Origin: Candidatus Hecatella orcuttiae
GTDB lineage: Archaea; Thermoproteota; Bathyarchaeia; Hecatellales; Hecatellaceae
Assembly: GCA_002011035.2 (NCBI GenBank)
Contig: MTLY02000002.1
Span: forward strand, 320,001-384,000
Length of the DNA stretch: 64,000 bases
Reading direction: 5' to 3'
Of this stretch, positions 45,409 to 54,732 are shown in pieces. The notes under the pieces were generated by a model. The model did no database searches and was not told where the DNA came from. It saw only the letters and a program-made list of their open reading frames with translations. Position numbers and translations under genes: made by a program. How positions within the stretch are numbered: the stretch's first letter is position 1; each line of letters opens with the position of its first letter.

Positions 45409-46107
45409 GTGGCCCGGATGAACCGGAAGGAATTGAAGAAGCTGGCCGCTGGGATCAAAGACCGAAAATTCAGGGCTCAGGTGGAAAGTTTCATCGACAA
45501 GACTCTAACTCAGGGTGAAAGAAAGGGGCGGGGAAGCCTAACTTTCTTCACAGCTCCCGCCGGGCGGACTAAGCATCATTCCTATCCCGGCGGCTTGGCG
45601 GAGCACACGGTCTCCACCGTCAAGCTCGCCCTCGCGCTGGCGGATGTGCTGGAGGAATGCTATGGCTGGAAGAAGGTGAACAGGGATTTCCTCATCGCCG
45701 GAGCCCTCATCCACGACCTCTACAAGCCCGCCGTCTACGTCCTCCGGGAAGACGGAACCTACGACGTATCCCCCCTAGGCCAGCGGCTGGACCACCTGTC
45801 CCTCCTCCTGGGGGAGGCTTACAAACACGGCTTTCCAGTGGACTTTCTCCACGTGCTGGCCGCCAGCCACGGGGAATGGGGACCCATATCCCCTCGGACG
45901 CTGGAAGCCCTCCTCGTCCACCTCGCCGACCTAGTGGACTCTCGGCTGGTGGGGGAAATTCAAAAAGCCGCCTACTTCGCAGCCAAAGACCTAGGCGAAC
46001 AGCCCCTCACCCTGACGCCCAAGGAGGCCTTGCGCCTCCTCGAAGACGGGGAAAAGCTGAGGAGAACCCTTCGGAAAGCCGGAGCCGGGAAGGGGCCGTC
46101 GGGCTAG
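45409..46107 (+). CDS. HD-domain protein (YhaM-like)
   Basis: APA...HHSYPGGLAEHT, LIHDLYK, SHGEWG, HLAD..DS. Confidence 0.8.
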   Translation: MARMNRKELKKLAAGIKDRKFRAQVESFIDKTLTQGERKGRGSLTFFTAPAGRTKHHSYPGGLAEHTVSTVKLALALADVLEECYGWKKVNRDFLIAGALIHDLYKPAVYVLREDGTYDVSPLGQRLDHLSLLLGEAYKHGFPVDFLHVLAASHGEWGPISPRTLEALLVHLADLVDSRLVGEIQKAAYFAAKDLGEQPLTLTPKEALRLLEDGEKLRRTLRKAGAGKGPSG

Positions 46108-47204
46108 AGGGCGGAGTCTTCGAAAACCTGCCCCACCTCCACCTTCTCCACCGGCCTGTCGACAGAGGTTAACACCTTCAAAGTTTTCTTCTCCCAGTCC
46201 ACATGCTTCAAGACGCCTAAGCCCAGAAACCTCTCCGCGGCATCGTAAAGGCCTAGGATGGAGCCCTTTTCCAAGGAAAAACCAGCCTCCGGAGGCTTCA
46301 CTTTTCCCAAGGGCAAGACCTTAACCGCGGGAGTCTTCAAGTGTTTCCGATACATCTGCCACCGGAGCTCTTTTCTTTCCTCACGGGTCCGCCGTCTCAC
46401 CGCCGGAGAGGCTTTCACTCTCATCAGCTCAAGGCCTTCTTTTTCCAAGGCTTCAGCCAGCGTTCCTGTCGTCTCCCTCCCTTGAAGAAGCACAGCGCAG
46501 CGGGCTTCAGCGGCTTGGAGGAGGCGAAGCTTGTAGGCTTGAGCGTCCTCCCCATCCACCCAGCCGTCGGTGTTCAGGACGGTGAGGGGGAAGCTCCCCC
46601 GACTTTCCCGGCAGAGGACGGAGACGGCTTTCAAAATTTTCCCCTGAACCTGAGACGGCGAAGTGGCGCCCACGAACAGCAAACGGTCCGGGTTTTCGAA
46701 GGATAGGTCGTAGACAAGGTGGGTAAGAGCGCAGGAGCCGATGGTGGTGGGCGGCCCTAAGTCCGACTGCCCGGGGTCGCTGTCCACGATGTTCACCTTC
46801 AAAGGATGCGGATGGAAGCCTAAGGCCTTGTTGGCCAAGAACATGGTGAAGGTGGTCTTCCCCACGTCCACTCCCCCTAGGACGGCGGCCACGGTGTTTC
46901 CCCCCTCCGCCCTCCTCAGAACGGTTTCAGCGGCCCTTTCCCAGTCTTGGGGGATGGAGTTTCCCTCAAACTCCTCCACCAAGCTGCCCTCGCCCAAGGT
47001 CAGCTGAAAGCGGGAGGCTTGGACGCAGAAAGCGGGGACGGTTCTCCACCGGCGAACTCTGACCTTCAAGCCCGCTGGCAGAGGCGCGCCCAAGACAGAG
47101 ACCTGCCCGCTGAGAAGAGTGAGGGAGGCGGAGCCGTGGAGGATGAGGGTTTTCCCCGGGGCTACGGAAACCTCCCGAAGGCTCAGGTTGTTCCCCTCCT
47201 TCAA
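46104..47204 (-). CDS. Clp1/Grc3/Nol9-family polynucleotide 5'-kinase
   Basis: GGVDVGKTT, DSDPGQSDLGPP, NTDGWV, RTREERKELR. Confidence 0.88.
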   Translation of the reverse strand: MKEGNNLSLREVSVAPGKTLILHGSASLTLLSGQVSVLGAPLPAGLKVRVRRWRTVPAFCVQASRFQLTLGEGSLVEEFEGNSIPQDWERAAETVLRRAEGGNTVAAVLGGVDVGKTTFTMFLANKALGFHPHPLKVNIVDSDPGQSDLGPPTTIGSCALTHLVYDLSFENPDRLLFVGATSPSQVQGKILKAVSVLCRESRGSFPLTVLNTDGWVDGEDAQAYKLRLLQAAEARCAVLLQGRETTGTLAEALEKEGLELMRVKASPAVRRRTREERKELRWQMYRKHLKTPAVKVLPLGKVKPPEAGFSLEKGSILGLYDAAERFLGLGVLKHVDWEKKTLKVLTSVDRPVEKVEVGQVFEDSAL

Positions 47205-47221
47205 GCCTCTGCGGCTTCACC

Positions 47222-47920
47222 TTAGCGGAAGGCGATCTCCAAGGCTGAGGCCTCATCCCTCTCCCTCCGCCCTATCCCCAGCCTCCTAGCCTTGGCGGTG
47301 GTATCCCTTTCGTCGACGAGGAGGATTTGAGCTTGGACTCCTGTCTCCTCAGCCACGGTCTCCACTACCCTCCTAACCGCCTCGTAGGAAGACCCCTCGC
47401 TCTCCGCTCCCAGCCGACCTCGGCCTCCCACCTTGACCACCAGCTTTTTCACACCCCACCCTGTCACTGCCGCCTTTAAGGCTTCCTTCAGCTGAGCGAG
47501 GCTGCGGTAGCTGGCCTTCTGCACCACCGTCCTTCCCAGCAGGGCAGCGTAGCCCACGGTTTTCCCCGGGTCGATGCCCACCGTCAAGGCTTCAGGGATG
47601 ACAGAGGGCAGACCCTTGACGGCTCTGAGGGCTTGAGCAACAGCCTCCTTCACAGTGTCTCCCCGGCAGGCGATGACAGTGTGATGCTTAACTCGCCTCG
47701 CCTCCTGCTCCGTCGTCAGCACAGCCTTAACGGTGAGGGGCACAGGGTCCTCGGGTCTTCGAAGAATAAACCCCAGCCCTTGCTTCCTCAGCTCCTCCCT
47801 TAGCCGATAGCTGAGCTCTCCGTCAGAGGTGGCCACGGCCACCGCCGCTTCTCCCATGGGTTTAGAGTGCCCGCTTAAACCCATAAAAGCTCCGCCGAAG
47901 GAAGGATAGGTTTTTATCAA
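47222..47920 (-). CDS. Hypothetical protein with RNase H/YqgF-like C-terminal domain
   Basis: VGIDPG..VG, VDE.DTT, D..SA..IA. Confidence 0.6.
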   Translation of the reverse strand: MIKTYPSFGGAFMGLSGHSKPMGEAAVAVATSDGELSYRLREELRKQGLGFILRRPEDPVPLTVKAVLTTEQEARRVKHHTVIACRGDTVKEAVAQALRAVKGLPSVIPEALTVGIDPGKTVGYAALLGRTVVQKASYRSLAQLKEALKAAVTGWGVKKLVVKVGGRGRLGAESEGSSYEAVRRVVETVAEETGVQAQILLVDERDTTAKARRLGIGRRERDEASALEIAFR

Positions 47921-47952
47921 CCTGAAAAACTTTTACATTTAACCCTTCCAAC

Positions 47953-48027
47953 GCCGGGATGGCCGAGCGGTTAGGCGGCGGGCTGCAGACCCGCTTCATG
48001 CAGGTTCAAATCCTGCTCCCGGCTCCA
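47953..48027 (+). tRNA. tRNA-Cys(GCA)
   Basis: GCCGGGA...GCGGG CTGCAGA CCCGC...GCAGG TTCAAAT CCTGC TCCCGGC T CCA; U73. Confidence 0.96.
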
Positions 48028-48132
48028 AACTCGGTTGACCTTTGTTCCTATTTTTATTATTCAGCTGCTCCCACATGGGCTATTGATTTCCAAGCCAAAA
48101 GTTAGGTGTAGCTGCGCTCTTTGGGGTGAGCT

Positions 48133-49179
48133 TCACCCAGCTTCTTTTTCGAGCTGAGCCATCAGCTTGTCGATTTCCCAAGCCCACTCTCTTCTCCACC
48201 GGCGTTTGGTGGGGTCGTCAAGCCAGGAGCCGTCGATGCCGTTGAGGACGAACTCCCTGAAGTCGGCTGGCGAGAATCCCATGTACTCCGCCATCACGAT
48301 GTACTCCTTTGTAGGGTTGGTCTTGAACATGGGGGGGTCGTCGCAGTTTACCATGATCTTCAAGCCGCGTCTCGCCATCTCCTTGATGGGGTGGTTGGCG
48401 AGGTTGTTTCCGAAGTAGACCCAGGCTGTGGAAATCGGGCAGACGGTGAAGACCACGCCTTCCTCCGCGCATCTTCTGGTGAGGGCTTCGTCCTCGATCA
48501 CGTGGTAGCCGTGGTCGATGCGCTCACAGCCGAGGAGGTCGAGGCATGTTTCCACGTTGCGTGGAGGGGCATCCTCGCTGGCGTGGGCGGTCAGGTGAAG
48601 GCCATGCTGGGCGGCGAGCCTGTAGGCTTTCCAAAACTTTTCAGGCGGGTTGTCGGCTTCCGCGTAGTCCATGCCTATTCCGATGAGCTCGTCGCGTGGG
48701 TTTTCGATGACGGTTTTAACCATTTCAAAACCTTTCTCCGGGGGTTCCATGCGGTTGATGCCGGCGATCATCTTGCACCGGATGCCGTAGTCCCTCTCCG
48801 CGTCGCGGATTCCGTCGCGGATTCCGTCGATGGCAGTGTCGTAGGGTACGCCTAAATCCATGTGAACCTTGGGACTCCAGAACATTTCCCGGTAGCGCAC
48901 GTTGTGCTCCGCCGCCTCCTGCAGGGTTTCGTAGGTGATCCTCCGAAAATCATCCCGATCCCGCACCGCCCGCGCCACCAAGTCGTATATCTGGAGAAAC
49001 CTGTAGATGTCCGGGTAATCGTAGAGGTCCTCAGGCTTATCGTGGGGAGGCAGCTTCACCCCATGCTTTCGAGCAAGCTCCACAAACGTTGAAGCCTTCA
49101 CCGAACCCTCCAAGTGAACGTGAAGCTCAACCTTCGGAATCCTGCGGAGAAAATCGTGCAGATCCATAGCTGTTCCCAA
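48133..49179 (-). CDS. add: Adenosine/adenine deaminase
   Basis: PKVELHVHLEGS, TAHASE, ERIDHG, VCP.S, NCDDP. Confidence 0.9.
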   Translation of the reverse strand: MGTAMDLHDFLRRIPKVELHVHLEGSVKASTFVELARKHGVKLPPHDKPEDLYDYPDIYRFLQIYDLVARAVRDRDDFRRITYETLQEAAEHNVRYREMFWSPKVHMDLGVPYDTAIDGIRDGIRDAERDYGIRCKMIAGINRMEPPEKGFEMVKTVIENPRDELIGIGMDYAEADNPPEKFWKAYRLAAQHGLHLTAHASEDAPPRNVETCLDLLGCERIDHGYHVIEDEALTRRCAEEGVVFTVCPISTAWVYFGNNLANHPIKEMARRGLKIMVNCDDPPMFKTNPTKEYIVMAEYMGFSPADFREFVLNGIDGSWLDDPTKRRWRREWAWEIDKLMAQLEKEAG

Positions 49180-49271
49180 CCTAAACTTTAGGTGATTAAA
49201 ATTTACGCTGAACGTTTAATTTAGCTTTTCGATTGCTTTGAACATTCCAAGAAAGTCCGGTGTTCAAATAC

Positions 49272-49359
49272 TGGTGCGGGGAGTGGGATTTGAACCCACG
49301 AACCCCTCCGGGACAGGGTCCTAAGCCCTGCGCCTTTGACCAGGCTTGGCGATCCCCGC
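49272..49359 (-). tRNA. tRNA-Leu(TAG)
   Basis: GCGGGGA...CAGGG CTTAGGA CCCTG, long variable arm, GTGGG TTCAAAT CCCAC TCCCCGC ACCA. Confidence 0.96.
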
Positions 49360-49366
49360 TCCTTCG

Positions 49367-49672
49367 CTACCCGCGGCAACGGGTTTTCTTCCACAAGGTC
49401 TCCCCGGTTTTGGTGTTTTTTATTTCTAAGACCCTGTGGAAGGGGATGAAGACCTCGGCTGCGCCCTCCCGGTAGAGGAACCAAGACCCGCCTGCCTTCA
49501 CCACCCGGCTGCAGGGCACCGTCTTCCTGTCTTCCGCTACTCCCCGGTGGGTGAAGGTTACGGTGTAGTCTTCGGGGTTAAGTCTTCTATCCCACAGAAA
49601 CCTATTAAAAACATCCCTCAACTTATGTTTTTTCGGCAACCTTTTTGGCCTCTGCCCTTTTTTGGTTTTCAC
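49367..49672 (-). CDS. DUF504/MJ1316-like RNA repair-domain protein
   Basis: RDVFNRFLWD, HRG, IPFHRVLEI. Confidence 0.8.
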   Translation of the reverse strand: MKTKKGQRPKRLPKKHKLRDVFNRFLWDRRLNPEDYTVTFTHRGVAEDRKTVPCSRVVKAGGSWFLYREGAAEVFIPFHRVLEIKNTKTGETLWKKTRCRG

Positions 49673-49679
49673 CGGCCCT

Positions 49680-50249
49680 TCAGCCGAAAAAGGTCTGAAG
49701 CAGCGCAGGGGTAACGAAGACCTCGATGACCGCCGCCAGAAAAAGTAAAGGCAAGATTCGGAGGGCGAAGAAGAGGAAGCCTTCTTTCATCACCAAGCCC
49801 AGCCCCCTTTCGCCCCTGAGCTTTCGTACGGCCATGAAGCCGAACTTAAGGCCGATGGCGGAGCCGAGGATGACTGCTGGAAGCTCGAGGACTCCGTGGG
49901 GTAGGATGGCCGCCAGCAGGAAGAAGAAGCCCTCCCTCTTCACGGTTTCAAAGGCAACCAGTCCTATGGTTAAGCCGTTGAGGGAGATGAAGAGGAGGGG
50001 AGGGATTCCGAAGAAAACACCCAGCAGCATCACCAAGAAGCTTTTCCCCGCGTTGTTGATAAAAATGAACACAACAAACTCCACTGCTGTCAGCTCTTGG
50101 ACGCCGCCGTAAAATTCCCTTAAAGCCTCCATGAACTCCGCTGAAAGCTCTCCTCCGGCAAGGTAGCCGATGAAAGTAAAGGCGAAGAAAAGAAACAGCA
50201 TAGCTAAGAAAGGCCGTTTCATAGGGTAAAGATATTGCCACCTCTCCAA
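49680..50249 (-). CDS. SpoIIM/DUF95 membrane protein
   Basis: IFINN, NG..IG, LPHGVLELPA, AAVIEVFVTP. Confidence 0.85.
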   Translation of the reverse strand: MERWQYLYPMKRPFLAMLFLFFAFTFIGYLAGGELSAEFMEALREFYGGVQELTAVEFVVFIFINNAGKSFLVMLLGVFFGIPPLLFISLNGLTIGLVAFETVKREGFFFLLAAILPHGVLELPAVILGSAIGLKFGFMAVRKLRGERGLGLVMKEGFLFFALRILPLLFLAAVIEVFVTPALLQTFFG

Positions 50250-50373
50250 TTTTTTCCCTCAACAACCATCTGGATCAGAAGCAGCTCTAAATCTAGGTAA
50301 GCGTACCCATCTTATATATGTCAGCGGAAACAATAAAACCTTTTATGTAAAAAAGGTTCTCCTTGGAATGCTG

Positions 50374-51618
50374 CTAAGGGAAAAGACCCTTAAAGGCCTC
50401 GGCAACCCGTTGCACGGCAAGAATCATAGCAGCGGTTCTCATGTCAACATTTTCTTTCTTCGCCAATTGGTAAACGTCGTTGAAAGCCTTAACCATCTTC
50501 CGCTCAAGCTTTTGGTTGACTTCCTCCTCTGTCCACTGCTCTCGGTGCAGGTTCTGAACCCACTCAAAGTAGCTGACGGTAACCCCGCCGGCGTTGGCGA
50601 GGATGTCAGGAATAAGCAGGATGCCTTTTTCATATATTATCTTGTCCGCTTGAGGCGTCGTCGGGCCGTTGGCGCCTTCGCTGACAATTTTAGCTTTAAC
50701 CTCCGCCGCGTTTTTTTCCGTTAGAACACTTTCCAAAGCACAAGGCATCAGGATGTCGCAGTCCAATGTCAGAAGTTCCTCGTTAGTTATCTCCTCAGCT
50801 CCAGGATAGCCGAGCACAGAGCCGGTTTGCTGTTTATGTTCCCTTAGTTTCACGGGGTCTATTCCGGAGGGGTTGTAGACGCCTCCTTTGGAGTCGGACG
50901 CCGCTATGAGCCTAGCGCCCATCTCCGCAGCGATGACAGCGGCATGATATCCCACGTTTCCATAACCTTGGACGGCAACTCTGGCATCCTTGATGCTCAT
51001 ACCGAGTTTGCTGCACGCTTCTCTGGCGCAGATGGCCACGCCTCTTCCCGTAGCTCCCAGCCTGCCGAGGGAACCTCCGATGCTCACCGGTTTACCTGTA
51101 ACTATTTCGGGCACCGCATAGCCTTTGATGGTGCTGTAAGTGTCCATGATCCAGGCCATAACTTGGGGATTGGTGTAAACATCCGGGGCGGGGACATCCT
51201 TGTAGGGGCCTATCTCGTCGAGGATCATGGTCGTGTACCGGCGGGTCATCCGCTCCAGTTCCCCTTGGGACATTTCCTTGGGGTTGCAGACCACTCCGCC
51301 TTTGGCTCCTCCGTAGGGGATGTCCATCACAGCCGCCTTCCAGGTCATCCACATGGCGAGGGCCTTAACCTCGTCCAAGTCCACCTTGGGATGGTATCTT
51401 ATGCCTCCCTTGTAGGCGCCCCTCCAAGGGTTATGCTGAACCCGGTAGCCTGTGAACACCTTCACCTTGCCGTCGTCCATCTTAACCGGCACTGATACGA
51501 TGAGAACTCTTTTAGGATGTTTGAGTAACTCCGTGATGTTGGGGTCTAATCCTATCTTCTCTGCAGCCATCTCCAGCTGTTTAATGGCGATGTGGTAAGG
51601 GTTAGTATCTTGGCTCAC
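50374..51618 (-). CDS. gdhA: Glutamate dehydrogenase
   Basis: YKGGIRYHP, MTWK, GGAKGG, DVPAPD, QGYGNVG, EGANGP, NAGGVTVSYFEWVQN. Confidence 0.95.
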   Translation of the reverse strand: MSQDTNPYHIAIKQLEMAAEKIGLDPNITELLKHPKRVLIVSVPVKMDDGKVKVFTGYRVQHNPWRGAYKGGIRYHPKVDLDEVKALAMWMTWKAAVMDIPYGGAKGGVVCNPKEMSQGELERMTRRYTTMILDEIGPYKDVPAPDVYTNPQVMAWIMDTYSTIKGYAVPEIVTGKPVSIGGSLGRLGATGRGVAICAREACSKLGMSIKDARVAVQGYGNVGYHAAVIAAEMGARLIAASDSKGGVYNPSGIDPVKLREHKQQTGSVLGYPGAEEITNEELLTLDCDILMPCALESVLTEKNAAEVKAKIVSEGANGPTTPQADKIIYEKGILLIPDILANAGGVTVSYFEWVQNLHREQWTEEEVNQKLERKMVKAFNDVYQLAKKENVDMRTAAMILAVQRVAEAFKGLFP

Positions 51619-51776
51619 GGCAAATTCACACCTCTCTGCGAGAAGATACGTTATTCAAGTTAATAATAAAATTTTCCACCTTCTATATACATCCAGAAAA
51701 ACGTTGGTATTATTTATAGGTAGTAGATAGTTCTTAATGAAAACTTCCAAGAAGGCTTCGGCTGGGAAATTTCTCT

Positions 51777-52931
51777 TCAAAATCCGTAGATCATGTTGTT
51801 TAAACCCAGAAGGTGCAGGTTGCCTACGTGCACTCTCCTGAGGTGTTTCTTGGCCGCCTGATAGCATCGTTCCACCTGCTTCTCCGGTGTCACCGGAAGA
51901 TCCACCATCAAGTGGTCGGGGTGGAAGATGAGCAGTGAGTAGGGTATACCCTCGTCCAAGCTTGAAATGAATCGAGCTATCTCTCCCACTTCCCCCTCAT
52001 CCACGTAGCCGGGTACGAGGAGGGTTGTGGCATTGACCACCGGCAGCCCAGGGCGCTTGGTGGAAAACTCCCTTGCAACCATTTCGAAGTTTTCGTAAGC
52101 CCTCTGGTTGGGGACCCCGCTCAAAGCGAGGCTGAGGATGGGGGTGAAGGCTTTGAGGTCGAACTTCAGGTTTCCCCCGCTTTCCCAAGCTAGCTCCGCG
52201 GCCTCCCTCACCAGCTTGGGGTTTCCGCAGCCGTTCCATTCGAAGCAGATCCTCAGAACGCGGTTAGGGTTTTCTTCCCTCAAGGTTTTGGAAAGCCGGA
52301 GGGCGAAGGGAAGCTGCGGCTCAGGGGAGCCTCCGAAGAAGCACAGGCACGTGTAAGTGGAGTCGGCGGAAACCCGGCGGAGGAGGTCGCCTTGCTCCAC
52401 AGTTTGACCTACGTTGATTTCCTTATGGTTCATGTTCTGACAGAAGAAGCAGTCAAAATTGCATCCGTAGAAGAACACGGCCAAGTTAGAGTAGCCTACC
52501 TCAGCCCCCGGCCTCCGGGCATACTTGGGATAGCCTTCCCCGGTGCCCCCTGGGCAGAAATAGGCGGCGCAGCAGTTGGTCACGTGAGGGTCCCGGTAGG
52601 CGTGGAGAACCCCTCGGTCGGGTTTGGTGAGGCTGACCAGTCTTCCATCTTGGTTCCAGCGGAGGCCGCAGTAACCCTTTTCCCCCGGGCCCATCCTGCA
52701 TTCGTTGGAGCAGAGAGTACAGGGGATACCCCCTGAGGTCTTAGGTGGGCTTGGGGGTAGCCCCCATTGAAGGCGGCTTCTCCGGTGGGCTTTTAGGATG
52801 AGGGGCTCCGCTTCCTCCGCCTTCTCCTTCAGGCAGGAGGGGCAGACTCCCAAGGCTTGGGCTATGAGGCGGTCTTTTCTCCCGCAGAGCATGCAGGTCT
52901 TTTCCATCCAACCTAAAGCCTTGAAAGACAT
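51777..52931 (-). CDS. Radical SAM protein (PFL-activase-like, Cys-rich N-terminus)
   Basis: CNFDCFFC, GGSPEP, FDLK, TLLVPG. Confidence 0.85.
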   Translation of the reverse strand: MSFKALGWMEKTCMLCGRKDRLIAQALGVCPSCLKEKAEEAEPLILKAHRRSRLQWGLPPSPPKTSGGIPCTLCSNECRMGPGEKGYCGLRWNQDGRLVSLTKPDRGVLHAYRDPHVTNCCAAYFCPGGTGEGYPKYARRPGAEVGYSNLAVFFYGCNFDCFFCQNMNHKEINVGQTVEQGDLLRRVSADSTYTCLCFFGGSPEPQLPFALRLSKTLREENPNRVLRICFEWNGCGNPKLVREAAELAWESGGNLKFDLKAFTPILSLALSGVPNQRAYENFEMVAREFSTKRPGLPVVNATTLLVPGYVDEGEVGEIARFISSLDEGIPYSLLIFHPDHLMVDLPVTPEKQVERCYQAAKKHLRRVHVGNLHLLGLNNMIYGF

Positions 52932-53021
52932 GGTTTACATTCAGTATTGTGGAAGTCCGCTTTCTCTAAAAGCCTTATCCCCAAGGCCGCTTGGGTTATG
53001 TTTCCGGTAGGTCGCTGCCGG

Positions 53022-53216
53022 TTATTTGTAGGCTACCAGTTTGGCTCCCAGCTCCTTTTCTAGCTGCTGAAGCTTCTTCAACCTAGCCTTAGACAGTTTA
53101 GCGGGGACAGGCGGCTTCTGAACTGCCAGAAGGACAATGCCCAGGCTTTTCTCCAACTCCCTAACCTTCCTGAGTTCGGAGTCAGCCAGTTTCGCGAATC
53201 TGCACACGGGCTTCAC
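53022..53216 (-). CDS. Small protein made of two tandem ~27-aa repeats
   Basis: AKLADSELRKVRELEKSLGIVLLAV / AKLSKARLKKLQQLEKELGAKLVAY. Confidence 0.7.
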   Translation of the reverse strand: MKPVCRFAKLADSELRKVRELEKSLGIVLLAVQKPPVPAKLSKARLKKLQQLEKELGAKLVAYK

Positions 53217-53352
53217 CTCCCAGTAAAGACAGCGGCATATCCAAATATTAAGGAAGCGACGGCTCAGTAAGGCCTAACCATGGGAAAGCTGGGCTTAGCC
53301 TTTTATTGCTCCAGCAGCTTTTCTAATCTGTAACCTGTTTGAGGGGAGAAGG

Positions 53353-54663
53353 CTGAAGAAAAATTTCCCCCTGCCCCGGGGCATGAGGGACATCGAAGCT
53401 GAGGAGGCGGGACGCCGGCTTTGGGTCAACCGCAAAATCCTCGAGGTCATGGAGAGGTACGGCTTTCAACTGGTGGAGCCTTCCCCCATCGAAAGCCTCG
53501 AAACCCTAGAAGCCAAATGCGGCCCCAGCATCCGGGAGGAAATCTACTGGTTTGAAGACAAGGCCCGCCGAAAACTGGGTCTAAGGTTCGACCTCACCGT
53601 GGGGCTGGCGAGGATGGTGGCCAGCCGCCCTGACTGGGCTACACCCCTGAAGCTCTGCGCCCTCTCCAACATGTGGCGCTACGACGAACCCCAGTACGGG
53701 CGCTACCGCTGCTTCTACCAGTGGGACGCGGAAATCTTCGGAAGCCCCCTGCCTGAGGCGGACGCGGAAGTTATCGCCCTCAGCGTCGACGTTCTCGAAA
53801 ACTTGGGGCTGAAAGACTTCGAGGTCAGGATCAGCAACCGAAGGCTGGTGGAAGCCTTCCTCAGCCAGCTGGGCTTGGAAAACCAGGAAAAGCGGGAAGC
53901 CGTGTTGAGGGTCATTGACAAACGCGGCAAACTGGAGGAAAACCGCTTCACCCAAGAGCTGGAAAACCTGAACTTGGCCGCCGAGCAGAGAAACCGTCTG
54001 CTGGATTTTATTTCCATAAAGAAGGAGCCCGAAGCCGCCTTGGCAGTGCTGGCGGAGACGCCTTGGAAAAGCCCTGAAGCAGAGCGGGGTTTGGAGGAGC
54101 TCCGCCGCGTCGTCGACAGCTTGAAGCTTCTGGGAAAGACAGCTCCCTGCCTCTTGGACATGAGCGTCATCCGGGGAATCGGCTACTACGACGGAGTGGT
54201 CTTCGAAATCTACGACAGGATGGAAGCCGCCCTAGGGGCGGTGGTGGGAGGCGGCCGCTACGACGGCCTCTGCCGCGTCTACGGCAGGGACCTCCCGGCC
54301 ACGGGCACCGCGGGAGGCATCGAAAGGCTTCTGATAGCTTTGGAGAAAGCGGGAAGCATTCCGTCCTCCACTCAGGCTCCCCAGGTCTTTGTGGCTGCGG
54401 CTACCTCGGAGGTGAGAGGGAAAGCCTTGGAGCTGGCGGGATGGCTGAGGGCTCAGGGCATCTCCGTGGACTACGACCTCAAAAACCGGCCTCTCAAGGG
54501 TCAGCTAGAGTACGCGGATGCCTCCGGCATCCCCTTCGCCCTCGTCGTCGGCCCTCGGGAGCTGGAGAAGGGCTTGGTGAGACTGAGGGATTTGAGGAAG
54601 CGCATGGAGGCGGAGGTTAAAATCGAAGAAGTGCCCTCCAAGGTTTCAGGCGTCGAAGGTTAG
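53353..54663 (+). CDS. hisS: Histidyl-tRNA synthetase
   Basis: PRGMRD, LRFDLT, RYDEPQ.GRYR.F.Q, RGIGYY, GGGRYD, GIERL; start extended to CTG 53353 to include the conserved PRG motif. Confidence 0.95.
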   Translation: MKKNFPLPRGMRDIEAEEAGRRLWVNRKILEVMERYGFQLVEPSPIESLETLEAKCGPSIREEIYWFEDKARRKLGLRFDLTVGLARMVASRPDWATPLKLCALSNMWRYDEPQYGRYRCFYQWDAEIFGSPLPEADAEVIALSVDVLENLGLKDFEVRISNRRLVEAFLSQLGLENQEKREAVLRVIDKRGKLEENRFTQELENLNLAAEQRNRLLDFISIKKEPEAALAVLAETPWKSPEAERGLEELRRVVDSLKLLGKTAPCLLDMSVIRGIGYYDGVVFEIYDRMEAALGAVVGGGRYDGLCRVYGRDLPATGTAGGIERLLIALEKAGSIPSSTQAPQVFVAAATSEVRGKALELAGWLRAQGISVDYDLKNRPLKGQLEYADASGIPFALVVGPRELEKGLVRLRDLRKRMEAEVKIEEVPSKVSGVEG

Positions 54664-54732
54664 GGTTAAACTGGTAGTGTTACTAGGTGCTACTATCGCG
54701 CATAACCCCGTCCTAGTTTCAGCCGTCGAGGG

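Noticed and set aside
45192-45518. 108-aa ORF
   Set aside because: Antisense to tRNA-Ser(CGA) and overlaps the HD gene out of frame
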